Positions 22,499 to 35,686 of a DNA stretch of 64,000 nt are shown here, piece by piece (the first letter of the stretch is position 1; each line of letters starts with the position of its first letter). Source of the DNA: Vezdaea acicularis (lineage: Eukaryota); NCBI GenBank assembly GCA_026025075.1, contig JAPEUI010000081.1:1-64000 (forward strand), given 5' to 3'. Below the pieces are notes generated by a model that searched no databases, had not been told where the DNA came from, and saw only the letters and a list, made by a program, of their open reading frames with translations. Position numbers and translations under genes: made by a program.

Positions 22499-23199
22499 CT
22501 CCAAATAGCTGCAGAGATTCGAATCTCCTATGTTAGACCTTGGAACAGCTCAGACAGATTGTGGCAGGATCCTAGCGTTCGTGCAATGCCATCTCTGGAA
22601 AGAGAGGCACAACAGCAAGGTGTAGAAATATGTACCATGGTTTGGTGGATGACTTTTCTTTCTGATGGGGGGGTCTAAGACAGAATGAGGCGGGGTTTGG
22701 TAAGTATATCGCGCAATTATGCCGCAGGAGAGACAATTGTCCGAGAGGGTTTTAAATTCAAGGAGCTTTGATGTGGGAAGAAAGCTTGTTTCCAATTGGC
22801 GCAGGAGAAAACTCCGTGTGGAGTCGGTCCGAGAGGAGGGTGCTGTATTAGATTGCGGTACTGAGTTTCCAGGCAGTCTGCGAATCGCCATTCCCACCTC
22901 TCTACTTCCAGGTGGGCACCCTACCACTCCAAATCTAGAGATGTGGTCCTTCTATTCCCTTCTTCAGCGATAGATAGTTCTTCCAATTAGATTTCTCATC
23001 TCCCGTTTCTTAAGCAATCCTCGGCCCAGTTCAAAATATCGGTAAGCTCTTTGCTCGTACGACTACATGTGAGAAGGCAAAAATATCTCGAAATATAGGC
23101 ACAATCCCAGCGAGAAAATGGTTGTGGCATCCAAGCTCCAGGCAATGCATGCGGCTCTCGTTGGCTTTTACTGGATAGTAGGAGAAGCGGACGCAAGTT

Positions 23200-23736
23200 T
23201 CAGCCGTGGATGGACGACTTCAATCGCCGTTTCTCTCGTCTGCGTTCTCTCCGTTCCCTTCGTTCCTGCTTGTCCTTCTTCTCTTTCTTGTTCCTAGGCT
23301 TCTGGTCTAATTTTGGACTTTGCTCCTTCGATATCTCACGTGTCGAAGTAGGAGTGGCTCCTTGTCCTAAAATAGTACCATCGAGCCCTTCACCCTTCAC
23401 AAAATGCCCATACAGCCCGTTCTTACCGACCCATTTACTACCCCCAGCTCGAACCATTTGGAGCTTCCCAGTCTTCTGCGTTTGCTTGACTACCACACAT
23501 TGCTTTGAGGCTCCGCTCTTAGATTCGTCAATGCCAGCATTGAGACCCCGTAGACCCTCATCAAATGCCTTTAGCCACCACTGACTCGCTACGTCGAATT
23601 TCTTTTTACCCACACCCAAGCTGTTTTCTTTTCTAGAGACTAGGAGGGGCCGTGTAAGGCCCGTGCCTGAAGTAGATGGCAGGGCATTGCCTGTGCCTGC
23701 CCAACCTTGAGATACCAGGTGAGCGTGTGCATTCAT
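23200..23736 (-). CDS. TMA23: Tma23-like nucleolar protein (G-patch-like N-terminus, Lys-rich tail)
   Basis: LVSQGWAGTG...GLTRPLLVSRKENSLGVG...QWWLKAFDEGLRGL resembles yeast Tma23 (YGW...GLKRPILV...GLG...WWERLFDGHL). Basic C-terminus. Confidence 0.7.
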   Translation of the reverse strand: MNAHAHLVSQGWAGTGNALPSTSGTGLTRPLLVSRKENSLGVGKKKFDVASQWWLKAFDEGLRGLNAGIDESKSGASKQCVVVKQTQKTGKLQMVRAGGSKWVGKNGLYGHFVKGEGLDGTILGQGATPTSTREISKEQSPKLDQKPRNKKEKKDKQERRERRERRREKRRLKSSIHG

Positions 23737-23897
23737 CTTGACACCTGGGAGCTTCCTAGGGTCTATATAACCAATAATGTGGTGAAGATTGAAGTGAAGG
23801 CGCCGTCCAGACGCACCTTAACGGAACAGTAGTCCCATGATCAATTTTGGCGCTATTACCTTTAATGACAAAATGTTGGTACGTTCATAATTTGTAG

Positions 23898-23932
23898 GCT
23901 TAAATTTTTCGCGAAAGCGAGTTAAAAATTTC
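23898..23932. promoter_or_regulatory. RRPE-like motifs upstream of the TMA23-like gene
   Basis: AAATTTTTCG and AAAAATTTC about 170-190 bp upstream of the ATG of a putative ribosome-biogenesis gene. Confidence 0.35.
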
Positions 23933-24396
23933 TTAAATCTTCTCACTCAGCGGCACTCACGTGTGATCATTTCGAATATAGTTTGATTAAAGCAAGGGTT
24001 TTGGTTTCTCTTATTCTCTTAGTCGCATGTCTACAGATTTCCAGGGTTATGAAAGTCATGTGCTACTATCAGCGTTCCTCAATATGTTAAAATCACATGC
24101 GCATAAAGCTAACTAAAATTTCAACATAATGACAATCGGATAAACCACTCATTGAAATGTAACCCTAAGGTAATTCATTGATGTTACTGTTTTGATGCCC
24201 ATTTGTGCCTTCCCTCTGCAGCCAGTGGACTATGAAGCCCGTCTATTGTAATGCTACCGTCAAGATACCAGACGCCACAAATGCACTGAATGACACCATA
24301 CAGGCCCAAAAATCAAAGGATGATTAAAGCCTGAAATAGCTTGAGGAAAGGGGAAGTTGAAAGTATAGGGGCTAAAAGCGCCAACTAATAAACGAA

Positions 24397-27300
24397 CTAC
24401 TTCTCCGAACCCTCTTCATCATCACCAGTTTCGTTGGCTTTCTCACTCGCCTCGGTGGCTTTTTCGTCGTTTAGCGCCCTTTCTTTCCTCTGTTTCCTGG
24501 ACATGATACTCCAGCTTTTACGGCCAGCCCCAGTGCCGATATTAGGACTGTTAGCAGGGCTCTCAACACTCTTCACCTGTTGAGAGTCGAACATACTCTC
24601 ATCGTCAGGTTCTCCTGGTGTGGATGGCTCAGTGGACTTCTTAGAGAATAAGCTAGACTTATCCTTCCAAGGGATATTGAACTTGCTGGAGCTACTCTTG
24701 CGCGAAAGCTTCTGCATGAAGGTCTCTGATTTTTCACGAGCACTGGGTGTTTGGCCCCCTTCAGAAGGTGTTCCGGAGATTGATCGATCAAGCGATTCGT
24801 GAGATTCAGAAGTCTCTGTGGTTTCTGTATTGATAGACCTTGAGTCCCGCGATCTGCGATGATTATCAGGAGAAGCATCTTCTGGGACGGAGCTCAGTTC
24901 CTTGTCTTTGTCTTTGTCTTTCTCCTTTTCCTTGTCTCTCTCCTTGTCTTTCGTCTTGATCTTTTCCTTCTTCTTCTTCCCTGTTTCTGCAGCCTTCTCA
25001 GCCCTCTCAGCTTTCTTGTTAGCATCTGATCTAAAAAGGTTGAACGAGAAGGCTGGAGCGGTTGGGTTTAGCGTTTGTGCATTGGTAGTGCCATGAGAAT
25101 CTTCCGGGCTGCCAACAAGTCTGGTCGAGTTGTATTCATGGAAACCCTCTGAGACCGTAGAGAATCTTCCGAGAGACGTAGAGCTAGCAGATGGTTGATT
25201 AAGCGACTGCCGTCGAGAAGGGACTCCTGACGACCAAGCATCGCTATGCATCGACCAGTCACCACTACTGAAAGGACCTCTGCGAGAAAGAGAGCCCGCA
25301 GTATCCCTTGCGCCCCATCCAAAAGGTTGGCTGTCGATCGAGGGGGCTGGAAATAGATTTTCGTGCGAAGAGGTTGAGGCTGGCCTTGGTGAGGGAAGGC
25401 TGTGGCCCAAGAGCTTTGACGGTTCGAATGGATCTGAATCAGACCTAAATTGAGCATAACGGCTGCCTTGGTGGTATGGTGGGTATCTTGCGGCCGCAGG
25501 ACCGTTGCCCTCGGTACTATCTAGAGGACTTGTGCCACGACGATTGAGCAAGTTTCCCACGCTACCCACTAGCCCTCCGCCCCACACAGAAGCGTTGGAA
25601 TGGCTGCCACTTCTTGCTCTTGTACCGATAGGATCTAGCTTTTGTTGTTGTTGTTGATAGTTCCTTGGAAATGATTGACTCTGGCCTGCTTTCAGAGATC
25701 CGAAGAGGGGGGGCTCTGTATCAAGATTCTTTCCCCTTTGACGACCGAGATGGAAGAGATTAGATAATCTTCGAGCGCTGGAGACGTTAGCTTCGCTAGA
25801 CTCTCCGATCGCTCCAAGAGATGCATGATTCGAGTTGAGAGAGCGCTTATCGGTATCAATAAAGGAGTCAGATCCGCTGGGATGATGGGCCAGATTTTGT
25901 AAGCTTGTTCGCGGGCTGGACCACCGACTTGTGGATCGACTTTCTGATGAGTGTGGTGAGTTTGGAGATTGAATCAATTGAGCGTCGAGACCAAAGGGAA
26001 CACCAAAACTGCTCATGGTAAAAGGGGAAGATCCTTGAGGATGCTTGAAATCAGCATCGAAACTTTCAGCGTCGTCATCTCCCAGTAAGCCAGATGGAAG
26101 ATAGCCCGCAGCAGTTGGACTGATAAGAGCCCCGCCAGCGAGTGTGTCAGCATCGGCCTTGTTCATGATTGGTGGATGAGAATTCAGTGGACCTAACTTC
26201 TGGCCAGCGATTGTATTGTAGTAAGGCGATGAGGAGGTGTAGGAAGATGGAATCCCTGTAGGTAAGCCACCGAAAATTGGACCGTTAGGCCCCTTTGTGG
26301 AGTCTGTTGATGAGAAGCCCTGCGTTGAAGCATTTGTACTTGAGCGAGACTTCCTTTGACGACTACGGCGGTGCTTGAGTCGTTTTGTGCCATTCGTATC
26401 TACTTCTGTCGTGGAAGAGATCAGAGGTAAGCCGTGCATATAAAACTGATTGCGCCAAAATTCAACCATCCCTTGCGCAGTTTTGAGGTCTTGAAGAGCC
26501 TGCAGAATAATTCGTTAGCATTTGGAGGACATAGGTGGCCGCACTTATTTGAGATATACCTTTTCGTGAGCTTTGTATACCTTAGAGAGCTTGTTCCTCG
26601 CCTCAGTCTGCTTTTGAAGCCAATGCGCTTCATTTTCCCTCTCAACCCGAACTCTATCATTTACCTCGCTACCCGCTTCATCAGGAAATAACCTTTTTCT
26701 CTCTTCGTCGAGCGCTTTGATCTCAATACCCTTTGCCTTGACTTCTTCCTCTAACGTCGGAATCATTTCTTGTTCTTCTTGTAGCTTGGCTCGAACCTCA
26801 TCAATTTGACGTTCAGCTTCTTGTTGATAGCGGATCTTGTCAATTTCGATCTGCTCAGTCTTTTTTTGAATCTCGTTCATCTCCTTCTGCCAGCGGACTA
26901 GGTCCTGACCCATTTTTTTTCTCTCCCCCTGTTTCTGTTGTAGTTGTTGTTCCTTGTCTTTTCGTTCTTTTGCAATCGCCCTACTGGCACGCTCAAGTTT
27001 CGTGAGGTCCTTCTTGAGATCTGCGCTGCTATCCTCTTTTGCTTTAATTTCTTGTTTTAGGGACTCATGCAGCTGAGCAAGCTCCGTGCGTGAGTTTTGG
27101 AAGTCCTCATCATCTTTAGATATCTGTAGTTGAACTTCTTCCGTCTCTCGTTGCAAACGCTCCAGTGCTGCTTGAAGCTGTTCAAGGGTTTCTCCGTAAC
27201 TCACTAGCTCTTCAGAGCCATCGTTCCGATCGCCATCAGAGAATGCAGGAGATGCAGGTTCTATAAGGTCCGGCGGCGAGTTTCGTCGAGGTTGCGTAAT

Positions 27301-27946
27301 TTTCTTTCCGTAGGAAGCGCCATTCTGATCTTTTGAAGACGCAACTCCCACGGACATAGAAACGAGTGGATCTGTATTCAAACCATGGACTCGTACTTGA
27401 AGTGAGCCATCATGCTTGTCACGTGCCGAAGCTGTCCCAGCACCCTGACTATCCCCTAAGGTAGAGCCTCGCCTTGACTGGCTCCCCGGAGGAAGTGCCT
27501 GCGTCTGTACACGAATAATGTTGCTACTTCCCTGGAATGTGCCATGCTTTCGCGCGACAATGCGAATGCTGTAGAGGGTGTTCGGTGATAGCCCGGAGAC
27601 CGTGAAGAGGCCGTCATATCGAGGAGGACTGCCAGCGGAACAGCCGTTGACTAAGATGTTATATTGCTGGCCACTGGGCGTATCAACCGGTGGATTCCAA
27701 CGAAGGTTGACTGAGTCGGCTTTGATTTCTGCGAGGGAGACCGATGGAGGTGCCGATAGTTCGACGCCTAGTATACTGATAAGTTCTTCCGTGGACTTCT
27801 TGCCGATCTGACTGCAGCGATGCACAAGCCTTAAAAGAGTCAAGGGTCAGTGACAGAACCTTGGGACTTCAAATAAGCTATCTCATGAACAGCACATACC
27901 ATCCAAAAGCTCCACAAGCTATTCCAAACTGTACCAAGTATGACAT
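24397..27946 (-). CDS. Fibronectin type III domain, coiled-coil and disordered C-terminus protein (3 exons)
   Basis: Exon 1 MSYLVQFGIACGAFGW (hydrophobic anchor); FN3 pattern SVNLRWNPP...YNILVNG...VSGLSPNTLYSIRIVA; long coiled coil; intron at about 26558-26502 joins the 690-aa ORF. Confidence 0.85.
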
Positions 27947-28837
27947 GGCAGTGGGCGGGTTCCCTCTTGTAATGGTTTTAGGTCAGCATTTGGTCGGTCC
28001 GGATGTTGCTGATGTATGCCTGTCCATAGCGCTACCACAATACTATGTCTCCAATTCCCCACGCCGCCTGCTCGTGATTTCCTGAAACAGATTTTGAACG
28101 CCCATATCCTCCGAACTCCGAGTCGTGGGGTTTCAGATGCCGGGGACTGTGAGTTCGCTTGAGGGCGTATAATATGGTCCTAGCATGTCCGAAACGACGG
28201 CTTCGTTTCGCGCTGCACAATGACGTCGGCATCAATCCCGCCCCACTCCCAGTCTCCAGGATGCAACAAGAGTCTTATTCACAGAACCTATCAAACCCAA
28301 GCAAAGCATAGCTTGTTCACTGACAGGCAATCTGCAGCCGGTCCCTTGCACCGTCAAGTGCGATCTCACACCTTCTGGAGTTCCACACCGCCCAGCATTG
28401 GACAGCATCCTCAGTCCACCCGCGATGATCGACATAAGCGAATTTAGCTCGTCCATTCGCGCCATCGCCTGTGTCTCATTTCCGTGCAAATCAACGCGGT
28501 TCATGCAAATGGCGAAGATGAGCAGCGGCAAACACCTCTACGTGCCGGCAGCAGTCTGATATCATCCGGCAAGCGCATCTTGACAGGCCAGTTGCTCCTT
28601 CTGTGCAGACGGCATTCCGAGCTAGTTCGCTCCCGCCCCACACATTCTATCAGGGTCCATCACCCAGTTTGGAACTCCACAACCTATTTCCTCCTGAAGC
28701 CCAAAGAAGCAAAGCTGGAAGGTTCTCATCATTGCTGTTACATTTCTTCAACAGTCTCCGCGCTTTTCCTACTTTGATCAAACATTTCTCTCAGTCTTTG
28801 GTTTATCATAAGTTCTACTCACGGCAACGCCACCATC

Positions 28838-29356
28838 ATGGCTTCAGACTCTGAGGGCTCAAGTGATATAGCGCGACCCACAGTTGGTAGTAAGAAACCA
28901 AGTTCGAATATCGTCCCTCGCGATAGTCAAACGATAGAACTCAAGGATGAGGTCTTTTCTCCAAGTGATATCAGATGTATGAGCCCACGGAGAAATAGCG
29001 AAGATGTTGAGAGAATGGGACAAGAATCTCGCAGAGTTGTTGAAGAGTATGCTCACTCGAACATCTTCACACCTTCTGCAACGATATAGTTCTAACATGC
29101 GTCACCCAGACAAGCACGAAATCTTCAGGCGTCACTACTTGCTCTCGTTGACCGGGTAGAGATAGTAAAATCAGAGCATGACAAACTTGAAGGCGAGAAT
29201 AGATTCCTACAATCGTGAGTGACCATCTACTGCCTCTCCTCCTCAGTCACTTCGGCACAATCTCTAAATAAAATCCCCTACAGGTACATCGGCGAACTTA
29301 TGTCTACGAGCAAGATCACAGCGGCCGGAGCTGGAAAGGGGGGTAGATCCAAATGA
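28838..29356 (+). CDS. SLO1: Short coiled-coil protein SCOCO/Slo1-like (DUF2205), 3 exons
   Basis: Spliced C-terminus QARNLQASLLALVDRVEIVKSEHDKLEGENRFLQS-YIGELMSTSKI matches the SCOCO pattern (L..RV..VK.E..KL..EN..L..YI..LM). Confidence 0.8.
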
Positions 29357-30509
29357 GCCACGGTTATCATCACGGCTCTCGTAGTTCATAAATTGGTTCC
29401 CAGGCGTTCCCTTGTCTACACTAGCGAACTCGCAGATTCTACAGCGAGCAACGGGTGTGTAACGGGCTTTCATACCGTCGATTTTCGATCGGACTGCTTT
29501 CTAAATGCTCCTGCCACAAAGCGATCAAGCGACATCAACTTTTTAGGTAGATCATCTGAGCGTTGATACCTGCACATAATACAGAGCTCCTAGAGGCAGC
29601 CTATGCATTGCATGAGGAATACCTCGACCTTGCATCTAGGGTGTGCTCAATCCAAACTAACAACTGGCTGCAACATACGTGAAGTGACGGCCTAAATTAA
29701 GAGACAACCAAAGCTCGGGCCAGCTATGATGGAACCAAAGCACCACAAATCTTTACCGCAAAGCAAGCTGGACCAGCACCATACTTCCTCGGCTACTGTA
29801 GCGATGCACTGACCAAGAATCCTTGTGTCAACCAAGCTTACGTGAACTTTGGTTGCATCTGAGCTAAGGCCAGTGGTAAGCAGTTGAACATTGCCATGGT
29901 GTAACTCTCAAGCGCCATGGGCTAGAAGAACGGATTGGTGTTTATAGCAGGCTAGTCTGTTAGAGCTTGGCACGTGAGTACGGTCGTGATTATGGTCGAG
30001 ATCTCGGTATTCAAGATGCCACCCTTAATCGTACGCTACCAGACCACAGTCTTTAAAATTTCAAGTGAGACTGGAAAGAGTTATTTCAAACACCTGGCCG
30101 TTTATGGCATGTTTCTCTTCTTTGTTTTTCCAAAGTCAGGCGGGTGGGCTGTGTGTAGGAAGCTTATGCCATGTGCATAAATTGTAGCTATGACTCAAAG
30201 AAGTGAAAGCATGTAGAAGTCACCCAGAGGCAATGATTACGGAGAGCGGTTAAAGCGACCAAAGATGGTTCACTGCTTTCCCCTGATCCATTTATGCCAT
30301 ATAACATTAGGGAAGCGTTCTAGGAGGCTAAATCCATTGGAGTAAGCAAGGCTAGAGGGAATCGGAGATAGAGGGAAGAAAGAAGCTACGACGTGAGAAT
30401 GATAGCCGTATGATCAAAGACTGAAAGATTCACGGTCGTCAATCAATCAACTCGCACATTCCTGCAGATGTCAAGAATGACTCTATGCAGCCACTGTCCA
30501 GACTGTCTA

Positions 30510-31550
<1,041 letters not shown>

Positions 31551-31729
31551 GGTTGCAGGTCTTGATGAGGGCCTGGAATAAGTAGACGAGGTCTATTAGT
31601 TTGGTTGATGTTTGTGGGGTAGGGTACCACGGAAAGTTGTTGAGACTGGGGTTCAGGGATATTGGGGAGCCAAGTGGGAGCGTGGGTAGTGCGCGAGAAC
31701 TCCGAAGTGCATAGCACAAAGATATGAGA

Positions 31730-31737
31730 TCACGTGA
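31730..31737. promoter_or_regulatory. Palindromic E-box TCACGTGA in the 14-3-3/INH1 divergent promoter
   Basis: Perfect bHLH (Cbf1-type) site in the middle of a 329-bp bidirectional intergenic region. Confidence 0.4.
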
Positions 31738-31879
31738 AAGTGCTCTGATGCCGTCACGCTTGGCAAGCGACCGCGCCATTTCAAGTTGCGGGAAGGCCAA
31801 GCAACCACCTGACGCATTCCAGCAAATAAACGTACAGCTTCCCCTCGTTCACCTCACATCACTTCTCTACATCGAAATC

Positions 31880-32358
31880 ATGCTACGCCCTACCCTTATC
31901 AACACTCTACGTCCAGCACTTAGAACACCATCACTTGTCTTTGCGAGAATGGCTGGCGGTGATACTGGAGCTCCTAGATCTGGCGGTTCAGCTCAAGCGT
32001 ATGTTATCTTACCTCTTTCTATCTTTTATCTACATAGCTTTACAAGCAATTGACCCTTTTTGCCACCACAGAGACTCATTCGTTAAGAGGGAAAAGGCCC
32101 AAGAAGATATGTATATGAAGAATCAGGAGAGAGAAAAGTGGGTTCTTCCTTAAATCCGTCATCTTCCGAGACTATGGGAGCTGACGCCCAGCCTTTATTA
32201 GGCTCAATCAGCTCCGCGAGAAGCTTAAGGCACAACAAGCTCATCTTCAGGAGCTTGACGCCCATCTGTAAGACACAGTTCACAAGTCGATCCAAGACTA
32301 CCAGCTGATACGTATTAGGGAGGCGATTGCCAAAGAACATGGAGGTGAGAACAAGTAA
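31880..32358 (+). CDS. INH1: Mitochondrial F1Fo-ATPase inhibitor IF1 (4 exons)
   Basis: Presequence plus GDTGAPRSGGSAQA-DSFVKREKAQEDMYMKNQEREK-LNQLREKLKAQQAHLQELDAHL-EAIAKEHGGENK*. Confidence 0.9.
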
Positions 32359-32827
32359 GGAGTCTAGCTTTCACTTATAGCGCTTAATCCTTTCTCAACC
32401 CTCGGCACACACTTTCATGTGTTTTAAACCAGAGTCAAAGTGCCCGGACGCTGATTGCGTATCCGCTGGTAGCTGAGTGCAATGGTCGAGTAAAGTAGAT
32501 GATTGGAAGTTGGTCGCGTATGGCAGTATCAAAAGAAAGGGATGAAACAATCATAATCGAATCTCCTCTATCATAAATTGCGAAGGGTACGCAGGAATAT
32601 CTCAGTGTATCGTGGATCACAGAATTGTGAATGTGCATAAGGAATCAAAGAAAATAGAAAACTACATTTCGATACTATAAGACGTGTCTCCGGAGTATAG
32701 TACATGGGTGTTGTTTCATACCAGAGAAAGGCATGTCTTGAACAGTATGCTTGCTGGCTTGTGACTTACGTCCATCACTCATTTCAGGACCCCCGGTAAT
32801 GTAGTCCTTTATCAACACTAAGCTCTC

Positions 32828-35256
32828 CTATCTTCGGCCCATATAACTTTTCATAAACTCATCCGCCGCGTCCGAGCCCAGGCCGCCAAATCCGTTTGAG
32901 CCCATATTCTGACTAGACGCTTGTGCTGCTGTGACCTTTGCGTGTAATGCTGAAGTATTTTGGTCGATCCATTGCAGCGAGCTTAAATGGGAATTTAGTA
33001 CCCTGACAATCTGTGATAGCTGCAAGAGCACGGACGATTAGCTTGACTCTCCAAAGCGTAAGGTATATATATATGTGTAGACATACCGAGTCATCAGTCT
33101 TATTGTTTTTGCTGAGTGAGGACGACGCAATGTTTATTTCGTCGATCATAGTTGTCAAGTCCGTGCCCATACCTTGCAGGCGTGACGAGAGCCTCTCAGC
33201 CATTTGATAACTACCCAGCACAACATTAGCGCTTCTGTTGGTTGGGTCCACAATGATAAACTTACGTTCTCTCCCGCTCTTGATCCGGTCCCTGGAGCCC
33301 TTCGCCCGTGACCATCTGCTTTCCCATCATTTCTTCAACCTCTCTTTCATACCTGTCTAGGAAGACTGAAAGCTCTTCCTGCTGATTCTCAACATTTGAT
33401 AGCTGACGAGATATCTCTGTGCTTTCACGTTCGGCCTGGTATGTGACACCATAAAGATTTGAGATCTTCTCCTGATTTTCAACAAGAAGACGATCCCAGC
33501 CAGCTACTTTTTCTGCATGTTTTTGGAATGATTTTTGGTGGAGAGAAAGATCGTTCGCCCAGCGTGTGATAATCTCATCCATTGTTTTATTAGATAACTT
33601 CGATTGAGTCGTCGGTGCAGGGCCACTCGTCGAAACGGCAGCTTTTGGGGTAGCTGTAGTGCTAGCACTGGTAGCAGGAGCAGATATATTAGGAGCAGTG
33701 GCACTGGTAGAAGATGTAACGTTAGAGGTAGGGGCCGAAGACTTTGCTGTTTCCTTCCCACTGGACATGTTGCCGAATAAGCCTCCAGATGCGGTAGCTG
33801 TGCTTGTAGGAGCTGGGCTCGCTGAAACAGTGCTTGCTGGAGCAGATGTCCCACCAAGCTTCCCTGGATTAAGGAAACCTCCAGAGGAAGCAGATGTTAC
33901 TGGAGCTGTTGCAGAGGAGGCTGCAGCAAAGGTACTTGACCCGATAGAAGAAGACCCTGGAAGGGCGAAGGTCGGCGTTGTCGTCGATTGACTAGCCGAA
34001 GTGGTTGAGAAGGAAGGGAACTTGACGGTTTGACCGGGTCCCGAAGTTGTTGCACCCCCATTAGATGTGAATGGAGCGGCTGATTGATTGGGCGCACTAC
34101 TGGAAGGTGTTTGGCCCCCGAAGATACCCAGATTCGATATTGGTTGTTGAGGTGTATTAGATGTTAGAGTACTTGTAGATGGCTGAGAAGTCTTTGGCGT
34201 GCCAAAAATATTCTGCGACGGGTTGGCTGCTGGCGTTGTTGATCCGAACAAATTGGCCTTCGGAGCACCCCCAGACAAAGCAGGGGCATTACTCGAAGCG
34301 GGGGTAGAGAGGGGCGTCGCTCCAAACATGCCCCCAGTTGAAGCTGCCCCGATGCTCCCGAAGATACTTGGTTGTGCAGGAGCCCCTGAACTCTGCTGTG
34401 TGGGAGCATTAGAGGTGTTATTTGTCGGAAAGAGGCTATTTGGCTGATTTCCCGCTGGATTCACGAAATTGAAATTGCCTCCACTACTGGCGTTACTCGT
34501 AGGTGGTGGCCCAGCCGGAGTAGTCGATGCAAATGAAAAGGGCTTGCTTGTAGCCGGCGTCGTAGATCCGATCCCACTAGAGCCTGTATTGATACTTATC
34601 AGACTGCCGAAAAGTTGTGCATTAGTTGTCTGAATCTGGGGGGTTGTCGATGGTTCAGAAGTCTTGTTAGGTGTAGAGAAGATTCCTCCCGTGCTTTTTG
34701 TTGGGGCATTACTTGTACTAGGCTTCTGGCCAAACTGAAAGCCAGTGCTAACTGGAGCATTGCCCGCCCCATCTTGGTTCAATAGATTTGGTGTTCCTGC
34801 ACCTCCACCAAATATTGAGGGAGTCTGAGTATCGGCCTTTTTATCCTGTTTACCTTGTTTAGCCCCGAAGATTGAAGTGGCTCCTCCGCTGCTATCACTG
34901 GACGTTTGACCCCCGAGCATGGAAGCCCCTTGGCCAGCGGACGATTGTGCCCCCCCAGAATTGAATAGTGAAGCTGCGGATGAGCCACTTGGTTTTCCAC
35001 CGAATATGCCCGAGCCCCCCGGGCTAGTACTTGAGCCGGCTATGCCACTTCCAAAGATGCCTGTGCCTTGGCTACCTTTAGTTGTGCTTCCTAGACTGCC
35101 AAACGTAGGTCCACTCGTTGAGGCGGTGGCAGTGTTTGCTCCAAAGATAGAGCCTTGGGTGTGTGCTGTTGACGTGGGAGTAAAAGGGCTCGATGAGGTG
35201 GACTGGCTGGATGGTGTCGCTCCGAAAGACCATGATGGTTTCTGATTCTGATCCAT
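32828..35256 (-). CDS. NSP1: FG-nucleoporin Nsp1/Nup62 (3 exons)
   Basis: Many (S/G)IFG and LFG repeats; Nsp1_C region KLSNKTMDEIITRWANDL...WDRLLVEN...PDQERERTYQMAE...LSQIVRVLNSHLSSLQWID. Confidence 0.95.
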
Positions 35257-35686
35257 GTTGACCTATAAGAAAAGCTCCAAGACAAGTGCCTAGCACGCGT
35301 GCCTTGGTTATAGCAGATCCCAAGTTCGACGCGAAAGCTAAGTTGCAAGATACCAAAATAAATTGTTTGCTAGGTCTGTTTACAAAGGGGGAAGAAACGA
35401 ATTGTCAAAAAGCACTATCAGATTCGCGCCGTAGATGAACGAGACTACTTTGTTGGTAGATCCTGCAGGGAGACGTGTTGCGCGCCGCAACTTTGTGGTT
35501 CGCTTAGTCGATAAGTTAGTGGCGGGTTAAGCGAGCGCCTTAATCCGGTTGGAAGCTTTGCCTTTATGTTACCACCTTCCTGGCACTGGAGGCTAATTGA
35601 TTGATCTTCCAAACTTGCTGCATCAAGAGGGCTAGCTTGTGAGAGGTAAAAGCAACTCTTGGACTGAGAAGATCAAATCCGACGCT

